Assembly (NCBI RefSeq): GCF_001194135.2
Contig: NC_068990.1
Coordinates: 59,013,233-59,073,562, forward strand
Reading direction: 5' to 3'
From: Octopus bimaculoides
Taxonomy: Eukaryota
Length of the DNA stretch: 60,330 nucleotides
Part shown: piece by piece, positions 38,400 to 50,738 of the stretch
Layout: each line of letters begins with the position of its first letter
How positions within the stretch are numbered: the first letter of the stretch is position 1
Notes under the pieces: generated by a model
The model's database searches: none
What the model was told of the DNA's origin: nothing
The model's input: only the letters and a program-made list of their open reading frames with translations
Made by a program: the position numbers and the translations under genes

Positions 38400-38620
38400 T
38401 TCTAGATTTCTGAAATTGGTACGAAGATCAAGATGTGTTTGTTAGAATCTACATTCATTTCGTGACTTAGATCATTCGAAAAATATCTCTGTTGGAAGTT
38501 AGGTTCACAGATGTGTGCTGTCATCGCGTGAGATTTAGTAAATTCGAACAAAACTTGAAATTAAGAGCATTGATTGTGACGTCATAGTTGTTTTTCCTTA
38601 AATAATTTGAAGAAGATTAA
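38400..38620. repeat. Family Z copy carrying TGACGTCA
   Basis: TTGATTGTGACGTCATAGTTG at ~38570-38590. Confidence 0.55.
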
Positions 38621-38624
38621 TAGT

Positions 38625-38781
38625 TTAGAAGTTGGCTTTGCAACCACGTGATTTCGGGTTCAGTCCCACTGCGTGACACCTTGGGCTAGTGTCTTGTACT
38701 CTAGCACCAGCAGCTTAATGCCTTGGGAGCGGATTTGGTAGACGGAAACTGTGCGAAAGCTTGTCGTGTGTGTGTGTGTGT

Positions 38782-38821
<40 letters not shown>

Positions 38822-39025
38822 ATCAGTCGCCCCCGCTACCACTTGACAAACCCGTGCTAGTTTGTTTACGTCCTCATATCTTAGCTGTTCGGCAAAAGAG
38901 ACCAATAGAGTAAGTACGAATCTTAAGTCCTAGCGTCGATTTGTTCGACTAAAACCCTTCAAAGCTGTGCCCCAACATGACTGTAGTTCAATGACTGAAA
39001 CAAGTAAAAGACAAAAGATAAGTAA
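38625..39025 (+). mobile_element. SINE family A
   Basis: Core, (TG)n and tail. Confidence 0.85.
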
Positions 39026-39782
39026 GCCATGATAAAGGTCGATTGTGACATTGTGTTACTTGCTTTAACAAATTTAAAGAACGGTGATAGCAGGCGTAGT
39101 CTTTGCATTTGTTTTTGTTTTTAATTATTGCTAAACCGATTGAAATAGTTGGTGTCGTCATTGAGTTGCTCAAATCTTATTCATTCTTTGATTAATCAAT
39201 TGGGGAGTTAGACGAACGACCAGGCGAGAACATACAAATGTTACCTACTTTGATAATACTCTTGGGTTTTTCTCCCTCACAATATATGAATGAGAAAGGA
39301 AGGGATGATAGATGAATAAGGAAGGAAGGGGTGATGGCAAATTGGTGGGATGGTGAACATTCAACGCTGAAAAGAAAAATCAAACAGCGTTTCAACTCTG
39401 TGAGTTTATGTGTGTATGTGTATGCGTGTACAAGGGAAGTGTGTGAATGTATGTGAACGTTCACGAGTGTATTAATTTGATTTACCATCCATATAAAATG
39501 CTACTATTAGCCATCATTTTTGACGGCACGAGGTCGTGCTCATTACACTGATATACTGTATTAGGTATTCTTACATATGTGTGACCCCGCCCATGCCCGA
39601 TGTTGTTTCGTCATAACTTCGAGAAACATAGATATTATTTCAAATACACACAAAGACTTAACTTCTCATAAACATTTATTATTTGGTGTCAAAATTTTCT
39701 TCTCACGATCTGCCATCTGGTCTCTGACATTATTCCACTGCAGTTCATTTCGAATTTTCGAATTTTACTATTTAATAATTTG

Positions 39783-40000
39783 TAAGGCGGTGAGCTGGCA
39801 GAATCATTACCACGCCGGGCAAAATGCTTCGTGACATTTCGCTCGTCTTCACGCTCTGAGTTCAAATTCCACCTAGATTAACTTTGCCTTTCATCCTTTC
39901 GGGATGGTTAAAATAAGTACCAGTTGAAACCAGGGGTTCGACGTAATCGACTTAAGCTTTCCCTCCCAAATTGCTGGCCATGTGCCAAAACTTGAAACCA
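39783..40000 (+). mobile_element. SINE N, full length
   Basis: Head, core and tail. Confidence 0.9.
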
Positions 40001-40105
40001 ATATATGATCATTTGTTTGTAATTTTCTACAGACATATGTGATGTCGTTCTATATATATATATAATTTTAAGGCACAAGAAAATGACTCTCCCCAGACAC
40101 AACAG

Positions 40106-40159
<54 letters not shown>

Positions 40160-40724
40160 NNNNNNNNNNTATATATATATATATATATATATATATTCAT
40201 GATTCTTTCACTGCTCATACATTGGCGATAATTTACTGTATCAATGACGTCTTAGTGTATGTCTTCATACTATAGAATAAGGTAGAGTATTACATTTATA
40301 GTACTGGTTCTTGCGATGTTATTCTTAAAATAATCATTTAAGAAATGGGTCAACGGGAAGCGAAATTTAAGTTGGAAATCGTTCAAATCCACACTTAATT
40401 CGTGTTCTAAATCATTAGCATTGTATAAATTTGTGATCAGATCCGTTGGTGTGGGCTCAGCTTTCGCGAAGAGAAACTTGTGATTGTTTTAATAAAACTC
40501 TTATTAAGCTCTATCCACAATTCATGTCATAAATCATTAGAAAATATTTATTTTAGTGGTTAGATTAATGAGTACGTGCTTATAGCACTTAATACATAAT
40601 TTCATGATATTTTCCGTATCGAAATTGAAGAATACTATCTAGATGATGGTGACTGAAACCGCGATTCTTCTAAACAGCTTAAGACAACAGAAAAAGAACA
40701 CCGTTTACAAGTTTCATTGCTTTA

Positions 40725-41330
40725 TAAGAAATTTTGTTTGAGTCCATTCATTAACAAAACCAAGACAATCACATTTCCAACATTATGTTGAACTTTTCTA
40801 ATGGTTTGTAAGGAAAAAGAGCCATTGCCAATAAACTTTACCAGGCGTGTGAGATTAATGAAATCAATGAGATCAATGTGGTCGATATTCTTGAAAAACT
40901 GCAATTCTATGATGACAGGCAAAACATGGCCACGGAGAAATTTCTGGAGACTGCCGTTTCTATGGAGAAAGGATTGGTTATAGAGATTTGTGCATAGTCT
41001 GTAAATGTAAACACAATATTGTTGATGGGAGGAGATAAGGAGACAAATGAATTTGGCAGCTTTGAGTATAAATGAAAGGAGTCCAAGGAAATCTACCATA
41101 GTATAGTTGAAAAGATAATGATCGGCGACAGCACATTTATGGTTCAGAAAGCAGGTCTGTGGGTCAGAGAAAATAATGCTTCTATGAACGACTCAATGCT
41201 AAACAATCGAGTGTGCTTTTACAATGTGGTCACTGTATGTTCATATGTGTTTGCAGAATTTCCCAGATAGGGTATCAGTATTCACTCCTGTATCACACAG
41301 AAGATTTATAGAAAATTAGTAACTGTTGGA
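40725..41330 (-). pseudogene. Highly decayed Penelope-like RT fragment
   Basis: ORF 40722-41099 SLQKFLRGHVLPVI...FFKNIDHIDLIDFIN...KFIGNGSFSLQT...LLMNGLKQNFL resembles PLE RT segments SKFL..HL.P, SLFTNID and F.FN..FYLQT..FME.LEQ. Confidence 0.4.
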
Positions 41331-41399
41331 AACTAAAGGCCATTTTTAGGGTGGGTTTTTTTATATTTTATGGATAAGTGATCAAAAGAAGGGGTCATC

Positions 41400-41483
41400 A
41401 GTAAATGTAAAGTCTCATATGGTAGCATCATTGAGAATTTTAAAATCCTCAGTGATGCTACCATATGAGACTTTGCATTTACT
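41400..41483. repeat. 84-nt near-perfect palindrome
   Basis: 42 mirrored pairs centred on 41441/41442: 39 Watson-Crick, two T-G, one A-C. Confidence 0.95.
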
Positions 41484-41699
41484 TTGCCAAAGATAAAATT
41501 TTCTTGATTTGTGTAGTGATTGTGTCGTGTTAAATGATAGAAGATTAGTTTGATTCCTATTGTGAATGTTTGACGCCTGATGTCTGTGTTGATGAGAAGA
41601 ATAAGTAGTGATACTATCAATATATGAGTGGGTGTCAGTGGAGTGATGACAAGTGATTTATTGATGTAAGTGTAGGAAAAAAAGTATTCGGGAAAAAGA

Positions 41700-42270
41700 G
41701 ACCATTGGGTACACCAAATTTGATGGTGTGAATCAGAGAAAACGGATCTTTTTGATTGGTGTTACAGATTTGGAAATTTTAGAATTAAGTCAACATTTTC
41801 AAATTTGGTGTATTGATGTAACTTTTCACGCTGAATCTGAATTTGGGATTCATTTATCCCAGAAAAAAAAATTAGAAAAATGTTACAGAGCTTCCAAAGT
41901 TTGATCATTTTTAGCCAATCAGAAAACAAGGATTCGAAAGCCGACTTTTCTGCGTGATAGCTATTCGGCACAAAATATCGTCAAAATTTGTGGTGGTTGC
42001 GGTGGTAAAAGTTTCACAATAGTGCATATATAGCGTCCTTGATACAATATAAATGGGACAGACTACAGTTTTGCTCATTATTATGAAAACAGACTGACTT
42101 TGATGTGAGATTTACGTTCATGTGTATTATGGCGACTTTCGATTGGTTAAAATTACTCAAAATCTGCAAACTTTAAAAGCTATTAACTTTTTACTTATTA
42201 ATTTATGGTAAAAATTAATTTGATTTACAAAGCTAAATCGTACCATCAAATTTGAAAACAATTGGAACAA
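41700..42270. mobile_element. Possible old non-autonomous DNA element with inverted ends
   Basis: CAAATTTGATGGT (~41715) vs ACCATCAAATTTG (~42242); TAGCCAATCAGAAA vs TTTCGATTGGTTA. Confidence 0.35.
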
Positions 42271-42865
42271 TACTGAAAGCATACGAAATTTGCGACTGCA
42301 ACTGAAAATATCTAAGAAAATTATATCTGTACGGGCTACAATGACAGAATTTGTCAAGAAGTTTCCATTTCAAAAGATGAGTCAGATGGAGCCCATAGTA
42401 GAGTCGCATATCACATATGATTGAACGTATTGTTGATGTTAAATGCAGCTACGTTTTTCATTTCTTTTATTTGTCATACTTTTAGGAGAGGATGACGGTT
42501 GAGTGACATAAGAGAGAAGGTCTTCAGTAGATGTGATGGTCATTGAGAAGGAAAAGGAATTCAAGGTGTTGGAGAATGTGGTTGACTCCATCATCTGAGT
42601 TGTTGGATGCAAGAGTAGATTCATAGTTGGTTGGTTAGATGGGTTGTTGTTCTCAGATATGAGACACACTGCAGCATGTTTCTGAAGATGGAGAGAGATT
42701 CAGAGAAAAAGAGATAGAGAGAAGTTAACAAGTTTGGCGATTATAGAAGTTACTTGTTAGGTATACTGTTTTAGAGTAGTAGAAGGGACAGTGCAAGAGC
42801 TTGTAGTCTTGTTTATCTGTATTGACTGGAGGTATTTCTTTTGGATATGACATGTCTGTATACAT

Positions 42866-43117
42866 CTGTGGTTCTCAACCGAGGTCCACATGACCTTTGG
42901 AGGTTCTTACATGGTTTTGTTGTTAAAATGTATGTGCAATAAATTGCTTATACTTCTACGATACTCCAAATATCTTAATTTTTTAATGCATTTCCTTATA
43001 ATATTTAATTATAAAAATATAACAGGATTTCTCAAAACATTGAATGGTTGTTAGGATCCACCAGAATAGAATTGGAACCAAAGAGGCCCATAGGTGAAAA
43101 ATGGTTGCGAACCGCTG
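42866..43117. mobile_element. 252-bp hAT (Charlie-like) MITE
   Basis: TIRs CTGTGGTTCTCAACC and GGTTGCGAACCGCTG; perfect 8-bp TSD GTATACAT at 42858-42865 and 43118-43125. Confidence 0.92.
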
Positions 43118-44059
43118 GTATACATGTTAGTGTGTCTTGTGAAGGGAAGTAGGAGGATTTGGTAAGCATTTTAAAAGCGTGTGCTATGTAAATTTGAATA
43201 CAAAGTGGGAAGGGGACTTTGGAAGCGTTTTAACAGGGTGTGCTATGTAAACTTGGTTACAAAGTGGGCATGAATGCAGAGACTTCCTCTGCAGGAATAC
43301 TGCAAAATAGATAGAGATCTGTTTGGCAATGAATCAAAAGTGCTTTGTCTGCGGTGTTGGAGGTGAGAAGGCTAGCAGTGAGCACATTTATACTGAAGAC
43401 TGGCAATGCCACTGAATTATAAGTGAAAATCAATGAATTAGAATAAGTTATTAGATTAGAAGATAATTCGAAATAAATTAAGAATTTTCCTGCTGTTTGA
43501 AAAATAAAGTCAGTGGTTAAAGTTAGAATCTTAAAGAAAAAGGGAAATAATTTTCCAAGATTTAATTTCCTCTGATATGAAATATCAATGTTAATTTTTC
43601 CCCCTTTTTATCGTGGTTTAGTCTTAAGCCTATCTTGATGAACCAGACCTAACATCGAAGATTCGAGGCTTGTGGTCATCGATATTAGGTCTACTTAATC
43701 AAGAGAGTAAGTTGAGGTTACCACATTTCTTCGTCTTAACAGTTAAAAATCCTCAGAAAAAATTGAAGACCACAACATCTAAATTCATCTTATAATTTCC
43801 AAAATTGTACAGAGTCGGTTTATGAATAGATTCGATAAAAACGTCAGTGAAACATATCAGTATTAAATGTTCCGGATCGTTGAAGATATGAAGTAGAAGT
43901 TAATATAATGTACAAGAAATTGAGACTATGTTTAAGACGGATAAAATAAATGAATAAATGATAAAATGAAAAGCAGAACACTTTTATACATGGAAAATAG
44001 TAGTGAGATTGATTCCTTGTTAAAAATTTACACTCACTTTATGTCCTGTAGTATTACTT

Positions 44060-44260
44060 TCAAATTTTGGCACAAGGCCAGTAATTTCGGGGATGGGGCT
44101 AAGTCGATTACATCGACCCTAGTGTTCAACTGGTATTTATTTGTTTGACCTCGAAAGAATGAAAGGCAAAGTGGACCTCGACAGAATTTGAACTCAGAAC
44201 ATAAAGACGGACGAAATCCCACTAAGCATTTTGCCTGGCATGCCAGCTCGCTACCCTAAA
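44060..44260 (-). mobile_element. SINE N
   Basis: Reverse-complement match. Confidence 0.85.
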
Positions 44261-44279
44261 GCTTCTTCCAGAATCATAT

Positions 44280-44485
44280 AGACCCATAGGGCAGCTTTCC
44301 CGGATTCTCTGGGGTATATACTCCCCAATTGAACGAAACGCCGGTTCGTCATAGGAATTCTCATTTTTTGCCAGCTAAGTGGACTGGAGCAACGTGAAAT
44401 GAAGTGTTTTGCTCAAGAACACAACGCATCGCCAAGTCCAGGAATCGAAATCACGATCTTACGATCATGAGTTCAACACCTCTGA
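44280..44485 (-). mobile_element. SINE family C (V-like variant)
   Basis: Reverse complement of 28670-28870. Confidence 0.75.
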
Positions 44486-44629
44486 TTAATCAAGTCATAC
44501 GCATCCACCAACTCTCTATATTATTAATAGCATTTATACATATTTATGGTTTATATCTAGCGATACGTGTCAGCAACATTTACTAACCGACAAATTATAT
44601 TCAATATCATTATGGGAAACGAAGTAAAA

Positions 44630-44800
44630 GTTGACACGGTAAATATTTGATTGTGACGTCACAATTATTGTACTTATCGGATTTGAATCACGTGAGAAAC
44701 GCTGGTTAGAAGAGACAAGCTTATAGTAGGTCTGAAGTCACAATCGTTACTCATCTTCGCTGCTAATGTCCTGGGGAAAAGATGAAAGTCACGACTTCCT
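44630..44800. repeat. Family Z copy carrying TGACGTCA
   Basis: TTTGATTGTGACGTCAC at 44646-44662; downstream sequence matches 30290-30388 plus 30781-30830. Confidence 0.55.
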
Positions 44801-45296
44801 AATGTATTTTGTATGCAAGTTAATTTTTCGTGCTTTTATAAGAGATTTTTTTTCTTTCTCTTCAGTCTATCGATAACGATGTTTTCATAAAACGTTAAAG
44901 AATTTCAGTTGCAATTTTTCTCAGAATGACGTCTTTCATTTTAAAGTATTGTAGTCAGATGTTTTACTGTCATTTAATACGAGAATTTTACTCAAGGTTC
45001 CTAACTTTTCTATTAATTTCAATTAAAATCTCAGGTTACATGTTCTTATGAGAAATCGTTAACTCATTTTTAATTGCTTGAATAGCCGTTCGTGATGTCA
45101 GCTTTAGCTCATGTCACGCAAGTGGTCAGTGAGACAATTAAGGGTGATACACAAATCCTGCTACATTTCCCTGTAGATGAGAACCGTATTATTTATTCTG
45201 ATGAGCACAGTTAATAGCAAGGGATACAACCCGACAGTCTAGATATGTCGTATCTACAGTGTCCAGTCTTTTACTGCATGTCTATTGTTGTTGCTT

Positions 45297-45678
45297 TGGA
45301 GGCGCAATGGCCCAGTGGTTAGGGCAGCGGACTCGCGGTCATAGGATCGCGGTTTCGATTCCCAGACCGGGCGTTGTGAGTGTTTATTGAGCGAAAACAC
45401 CTAAAACTCCACAAGGCTCCGGCAGGGGATGGTGGCGAACCCTGCTGTACTCTTTCACCACAACTTTCTCTCACTCTTACTTCCTGTTTCTGTTGTGCCT
45501 GTAATTCAAAGGGTCAGCCTTGTCACACTGTGTCACGCTGAATATCCCCGAGAACTACGTTAAGAGTACACGTGTCTGTGGAGTGCTCAGCCACTTGCAC
45601 GTTAATTTCACGAGCAGGCTGTTCCGTTGATCGGATCAACTGGAACCCTCGACGTCGTAAGCGACGGAGTGCAACAAC
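45297..45678 (+). mobile_element. SINE family B, full length
   Basis: 13-bp TSD ATTGTT(G/A)TTGCTT at 45284-45296 and 45679-45691. Confidence 0.95.
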
Positions 45679-45754
45679 ATTGTTATTGCTTAGTTCAAAG
45701 ACGGACATGAATTATTAACAAATGTTATTTGTCTTGTGTGATAATATCACTTAC

Positions 45755-46030
45755 TTCGTCGGTTACGACGACGAGTATTCCAGTTGAACTGATCAACGGA
45801 ACAGCCTGCTCGGGAAATTAACGTGCAAGTGGCAAAGAACTCCACAAACACGCGTAATCTTAATGTAGTTCTCAGCGTGACACGGAATATGACAAGGCTG
45901 GCCGTTTGAAATGAATGCACAATTCCATTTTTTTTTTCAGCTAAGTCGATTGCTGCAACATGAAATAGCACCGGCAGGAATCAAACTCACGACCTTACGA
46001 TAGTGAGACGAATACCACGCGCCTTCACTA
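45755..46030 (-). mobile_element. SINE family C (B-type tail), deleted
   Basis: Homologous to 9530-9843. Confidence 0.7.
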
Positions 46031-46164
46031 ACGTCACTTAGCATCACAGTTATGTTCGTTATCAAAACTGAAGAATATTAATTGATTCATATGTTAGATA
46101 CTACATGTATTTGGTATGACTATTATCTATAGACTGCCGCATTGCATAACCTAATACAATTGCC

Positions 46165-46595
46165 AACAAACAAGGTGCTATTATATGGTAGTGAAACATA
46201 GACACTGACAAAGAAATTATCGAACGGACCAGATGGACGATACACAAAGATGCTACGAATGGCCCGAATGGCCCGAATGGTCCGAATGGCAGCAACATAT
46301 GACAAATGAATGCCTTTATAGAGTCTTGCCGAAAGTTAGCGAGAAAATCAGGCAAATACGGCTGCGACTATCTGGTCACTGCGCGCGTCACACCGAACTG
46401 CAAGCATCCAAATTATTTTTATAGAACCCACATCGTGGTGATGTAATAAGAGAAAAAACGTCGTCATACTTATATCGACAACTTGGTCACAGACACTGGC
46501 CTGGTATGTATCCAGGACCTCTAGGCAGTGATGTTGGACCGAGAAGTGTAGCGGGTGGATTTTGTTGCTACGGCCCTGTTTGGAACCCGGCCCTA
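46165..46595 (+). mobile_element. RTE-like LINE 3' fragment, second family
   Basis: VLLYGSET*TLTKK...YTKMLRM...WQQHMTNECLYRVLPKVSEKIRQIRLRLSGHCARH...TYIDNLVTDTG; contains a 9-bp GAATGGCCC triplication at ~46257-46290. Confidence 0.8.
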
Positions 46596-46602
46596 TAAAA
46601 TA

Positions 46603-46628
46603 TATATGTGTGTGTGTATGTGTGTGTG

Positions 46629-46698
<70 letters not shown>

Positions 46699-46700
46699 CG
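46603..46700. repeat. (TG)n(CG)n microsatellite
   Basis: Direct reading. Confidence 0.95.
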
Positions 46701-47072
46701 GTATGAGCAACGCACAGTAATGTATGGGTGTGAGGGTGTAGTGGGTCGTATCACAATATGTGCGGGTGCATGGACAGAAATGAGGTTTCGTGTGAAATGT
46801 TTATCAATTCGGTAACTGAGTTTCAGCAGAAGATTTTTCTTCTTTTTGTTTTGCGACAAAGTCGGAAATTATGAGTACCATGATACTGTATAATCCCATA
46901 AACAATAAGCTGTAGGTGGGATGGGTCTGGGAATTAAAGAGATGAGAAGCCTAGTTGAATGGCAGAGACGTAATAGAAGGTGGAGGCGAGGGTAGAAGCT
47001 TTCCTCGAAGACATTCATGAAGAGTACAAAATTTCTTCTGACCTTTAATACCAGTTAATTGAAGTGGATGTA

Positions 47073-47500
47073 AGGGCGGCGAGTTAGCAGAATCATAAAC
47101 GCACCGGAAAAACCGCATAACGGCATTTCTTTTGTCTTTACTTTCTGAGTTCAAATTCTGCCGAGGTTAGCTATGCTTTTTATCCTTTCTGGGTCGATAA
47201 AATAAATACCAGTTGAACACTGGCGCCAATGTAATCGATTGCTGGCCTTGTGCTAAAATTTGAAAGCAATTTAGGTGGATGTAAGGCGGCAAGTTAACAC
47301 AATTGTAAACACGCTGAGCAAAATGCATAGCAGCATTTCTTCAACTTTACCTCTGAGTTCAAATTCCACCAAGGTCAACTTTGTCTTTCATTCTTCTAGA
47401 GCCGATAAAATAAACACCAATTTAACACTGAGATCGATGTAATCGACTAGCACCCTTCCCCAAAATTTCAGGCTTTATGTCTATAGCAGAAAGAAATTCA
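47073..47500 (+). mobile_element. SINE N doublet
   Basis: First copy flanked by GTGGATGTAA at ~47064 and ~47275; different tails. Confidence 0.85.
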
Positions 47501-47519
47501 GATGGATATGCCAAAAAGT

Positions 47520-48600
47520 GACTTTGGCCGTGGGTAACGAGAAATCTTGTTACGCCATAATGGAATGAAGAGGAAAGTTTGGAGGAGTTCTATCTGATGT
47601 AATGAAACGTTCTCCGAGGAAAAACTCTTTACGGAGTCATCATGATAGGTAAATGGGGGTTACTGCCAGGTTGTTAAGGATTTTTTTCGTAAGAGCCAAC
47701 AATGATCATGTGAAATTTTGGAAGAGGGAATATTCGCGGTATACGCTATATAAAAGAACTTCTTCATTTCGAAGGATGTTCTACAAGATTTGCAGCCCTG
47801 GGTTAAACCCTCAACTTTCTAGGAATTGAGGTGGGTTTCTAATCACTGTCGACCGTTTTCTTTACTTGTGCTGCTGCAATGTGACTACGAACGAATAACA
47901 TTGAGAGATTTGAAGTTATGTGTTTTGATTGTGTTCTTGACTTAGAAGAACAGGTCTAAGAGTATGGTTTCATTGATTTGGGATCAAGGATGAAGCAAAT
48001 ACATTGCCGGTTATGATTACCGTAGGAATGATGGGGCTTCCGCGATTAGATTACTTGAAGGCTCATTATGATTGAGCTCTGCACAGAATATGAATATTTG
48101 GTTTGCAAAAGATTTGGTTTAGATACCAGTAACATTACTGAAGGGTAGTTACGAGAACCAACTTGTTATGAACATTGAGTCAGTGGGGACAGTGATTTCA
48201 GCTAGTGTTAAAGTGAAATAGATTCAATGCCAGAATAGAAATCGTCGAAGAGTTATAGAAGGCTAGAAGTGTTAGAAGAGCAATAATGAAAGCGGGTGTA
48301 TTCATATGCGTGGAGAAAGAGAAATTTCGAGCCAGAGTACCTGAAAGACTGCATTGTTGATAGACATATGAAAGAAGTAAGTGGAGGGAAAATGAGTGCT
48401 GCATTGCTCAAGATGTACGGACAACTTTCCGATTCATAGTTGTGAACAGATTATTACCTGAGCAGTAGAGATGGAAAGAGAAGTGCGGTTCGCTTCTTGG
48501 CACGATGTGATGCTTTGTGTTTCGGTTAAAACATAGTCTACGAATGTTTGAGAAAAGTAGGGAGAACTGACCAGCAGATTGGACAGCATTTTAATTCTTT
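47520..48600 (-). pseudogene. Possible very old Penelope-like remnant (RT C-terminus plus GIY-YIG-like region)
   Basis: Stop-riddled frames: LLAFYNSSTISI, YFTLTLAEITVPTDSMFITSW, GCKSC...FYIAYT. Weak resemblance only. Confidence 0.25.
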
Positions 48601-48889
48601 ACATTTTGCCTGCTTTATTATTTTTTATTCGCTTTGATTAGTTGTGAGTAGGACAAAAGAAACTACGTCTTATGGATACAAACAACTGCATCGATCCTTT
48701 ACGTCGTTTTCAGTTACCCAGTTGATAGTCAGGCTTTCATATAGGCACCTCGGAATTCAGCGTTTATGCATTATTATATCTATTAGAAAGAATCATTACA
48801 TCAATTGACAGAACACTGAGTATAAAAAAGCAAAACAAGATCACTTATGAAAATATGAGGCATGATATATTTACACAAGCAAAAAATAT

Positions 48890-49100
48890 TGGTTTCAAAT
48901 CCTGTCATAAGACCAGTAATTTCGGGGGGAAGGAGTAAGCCGATTACATCGACTCCAGTGCTCAAATGCTACTTACTTTATCGATTCGAAAGGATGAAAA
49001 GCAATGTCAACTCCGGCGGTGTTTGAACTTAGAACATCAAGACGGATGAATTGCCACAAAGCATTTTGGCCGGATTGCTAACGATTGTGCCAACTCGCCG
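48890..49100 (-). mobile_element. SINE N
   Basis: Reverse-complement match. Confidence 0.8.
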
Positions 49101-49957
49101 ACCTCGAACGGTTATGTATTTGGATTTTGATCGTAGCTTCCTGTAAACTTACCATATGTTTTAGTGTATGGCATACGATTAAATAATACTTCAAAAATTC
49201 ATTAAGAAAAATACAATTTCAAATTTTATTCCTTTTAAATCTGATATGCTAAATGTTATTAATTTCATAACTGGATGTAATGACAAAAATTTATATTTCT
49301 TCATGATTTGAGACACAAAATGTCAATGAATTTGAACAAGTGCTTCCTCTTCTCTTTAAAAACTGAGTTCTTGTACCAATGTAAGATATCTTAATGTATT
49401 TCATATTAACCTATTTGATTATTGATTGCTTCAACATCATCATCACTACCACCACCACCGCCACCAATGTATTCTTTTACATTTACCATATTGTAATTAT
49501 AGAAATTATTGATACAGTAAAATTCCATCAATGAAATTCAATAGAATTTGTTAACAAAAGTTTATAATTCCATTGCTGGTTAATGATCCAAAATATCATA
49601 TTATAAAGATTTCTAATTCACTGAATTATCACAGTATCTATTAACCGAAAATATTAAAGTATCTTTAATGGTTTTTTACCGTCGAAGTTTATTCAAACTG
49701 GTGACGATTTGCTTGGCAAAAATAAATAACTCGGTATCTGTGCAGTAGAATTATTCTATCACGTAGCTAAGTTTCATTTCTGAAAAACAACCGAAGTTTG
49801 TTTGTTGTCAGGAATGGTGATGGATATCTTTGAACTTTCCTTGATTCAGAATGCAGTTTGATTTTTTTTTAATTCTGCCTTTAATATAATATTTATGTAT
49901 CATTTATGCATCATATCATTTTACCACTCTTACTGCTTTCTGTCGTATGGAACAGCC

Positions 49958-49959
49958 AG

Positions 49960-49991
<32 letters not shown>

Positions 49992-50002
49992 CATACATAC
50001 AT

Positions 50003-50085
<83 letters not shown>
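49958..50085. repeat. (CATA)n(CA)n(TA)n compound microsatellite
   Basis: Direct reading. Confidence 0.95.
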
Positions 50086-50087
<2 letters not shown>

Positions 50088-50622
50088 AGTGTTGGTATCG
50101 AAAAGTTGCCGGACTAGTTCTGTAGCGCGCCAATAGATGACAGCACATGGTTGCATGCACAATGAGTGACCTTTATGAGGCAGTGTGCCGAGTGACATTG
50201 CTGTATTTACTTTGCATGTTGTGAAATTTGTGTTTTTGTTATCGCATGGATGCTGCAGCCTGCGATTTTTGTCATGGACAGGAAGTTAGAACAAAGAGCC
50301 AACATGAAATTTTGCGTTAAATTAGGAAGTCTGTTACAGAGACATTGAGCATGTTTCGGCAAGCTTATCGCGATGAAGTAATGGGTGGTACGCAATGTTT
50401 CGAATGGCAGTTCAAAGGTCGCCGTTTTAACACCGTTGTCAAGACCAAGAGCAATTCACAGAAGATCCTCGACTCACTTACAGAAAATGACTTCCAGGCC
50501 GAATTCCAAAAATCCAGAAACGCCGGTGTAGTGCTGCGCAAGGTGACTATTTCGAAGGAGGTGATGTTAAAACTTAGGTAAATAAGTTACTTTTTATTAA
50601 ACATATGTAGTCCAGGAACTTT

Positions 50623-50628
<6 letters not shown>
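50088..50628 (+). mobile_element. Mariner (Tc1/mariner) internally deleted element
   Basis: TIR-like GGTATCGAAAAGTTGCCGGACTA and TAGTCCAGGAACTTTTCGATA; N-terminus MDRKLEQRANMKFCVKLG...ETLSMFRQAYRDEVM..TQCFEW fused to C-terminus ...KILDSLTENDFQ...GDYFEG; catalytic domain missing. Confidence 0.88.
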
Positions 50629-50660
<32 letters not shown>

Positions 50661-50738
50661 AAATTCGAGCTGTGAGTACAATATACACTGACCACCAGCT
50701 TCTATAGGATGTCTTGTGTTTCCAAGCAATTTTTCAAA

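Noticed and set aside
46257-46290. In-frame 9-bp GAATGGCCC triplication
   Set aside because: Lies in a dead RTE fossil with stops, so frame preservation carries no functional meaning
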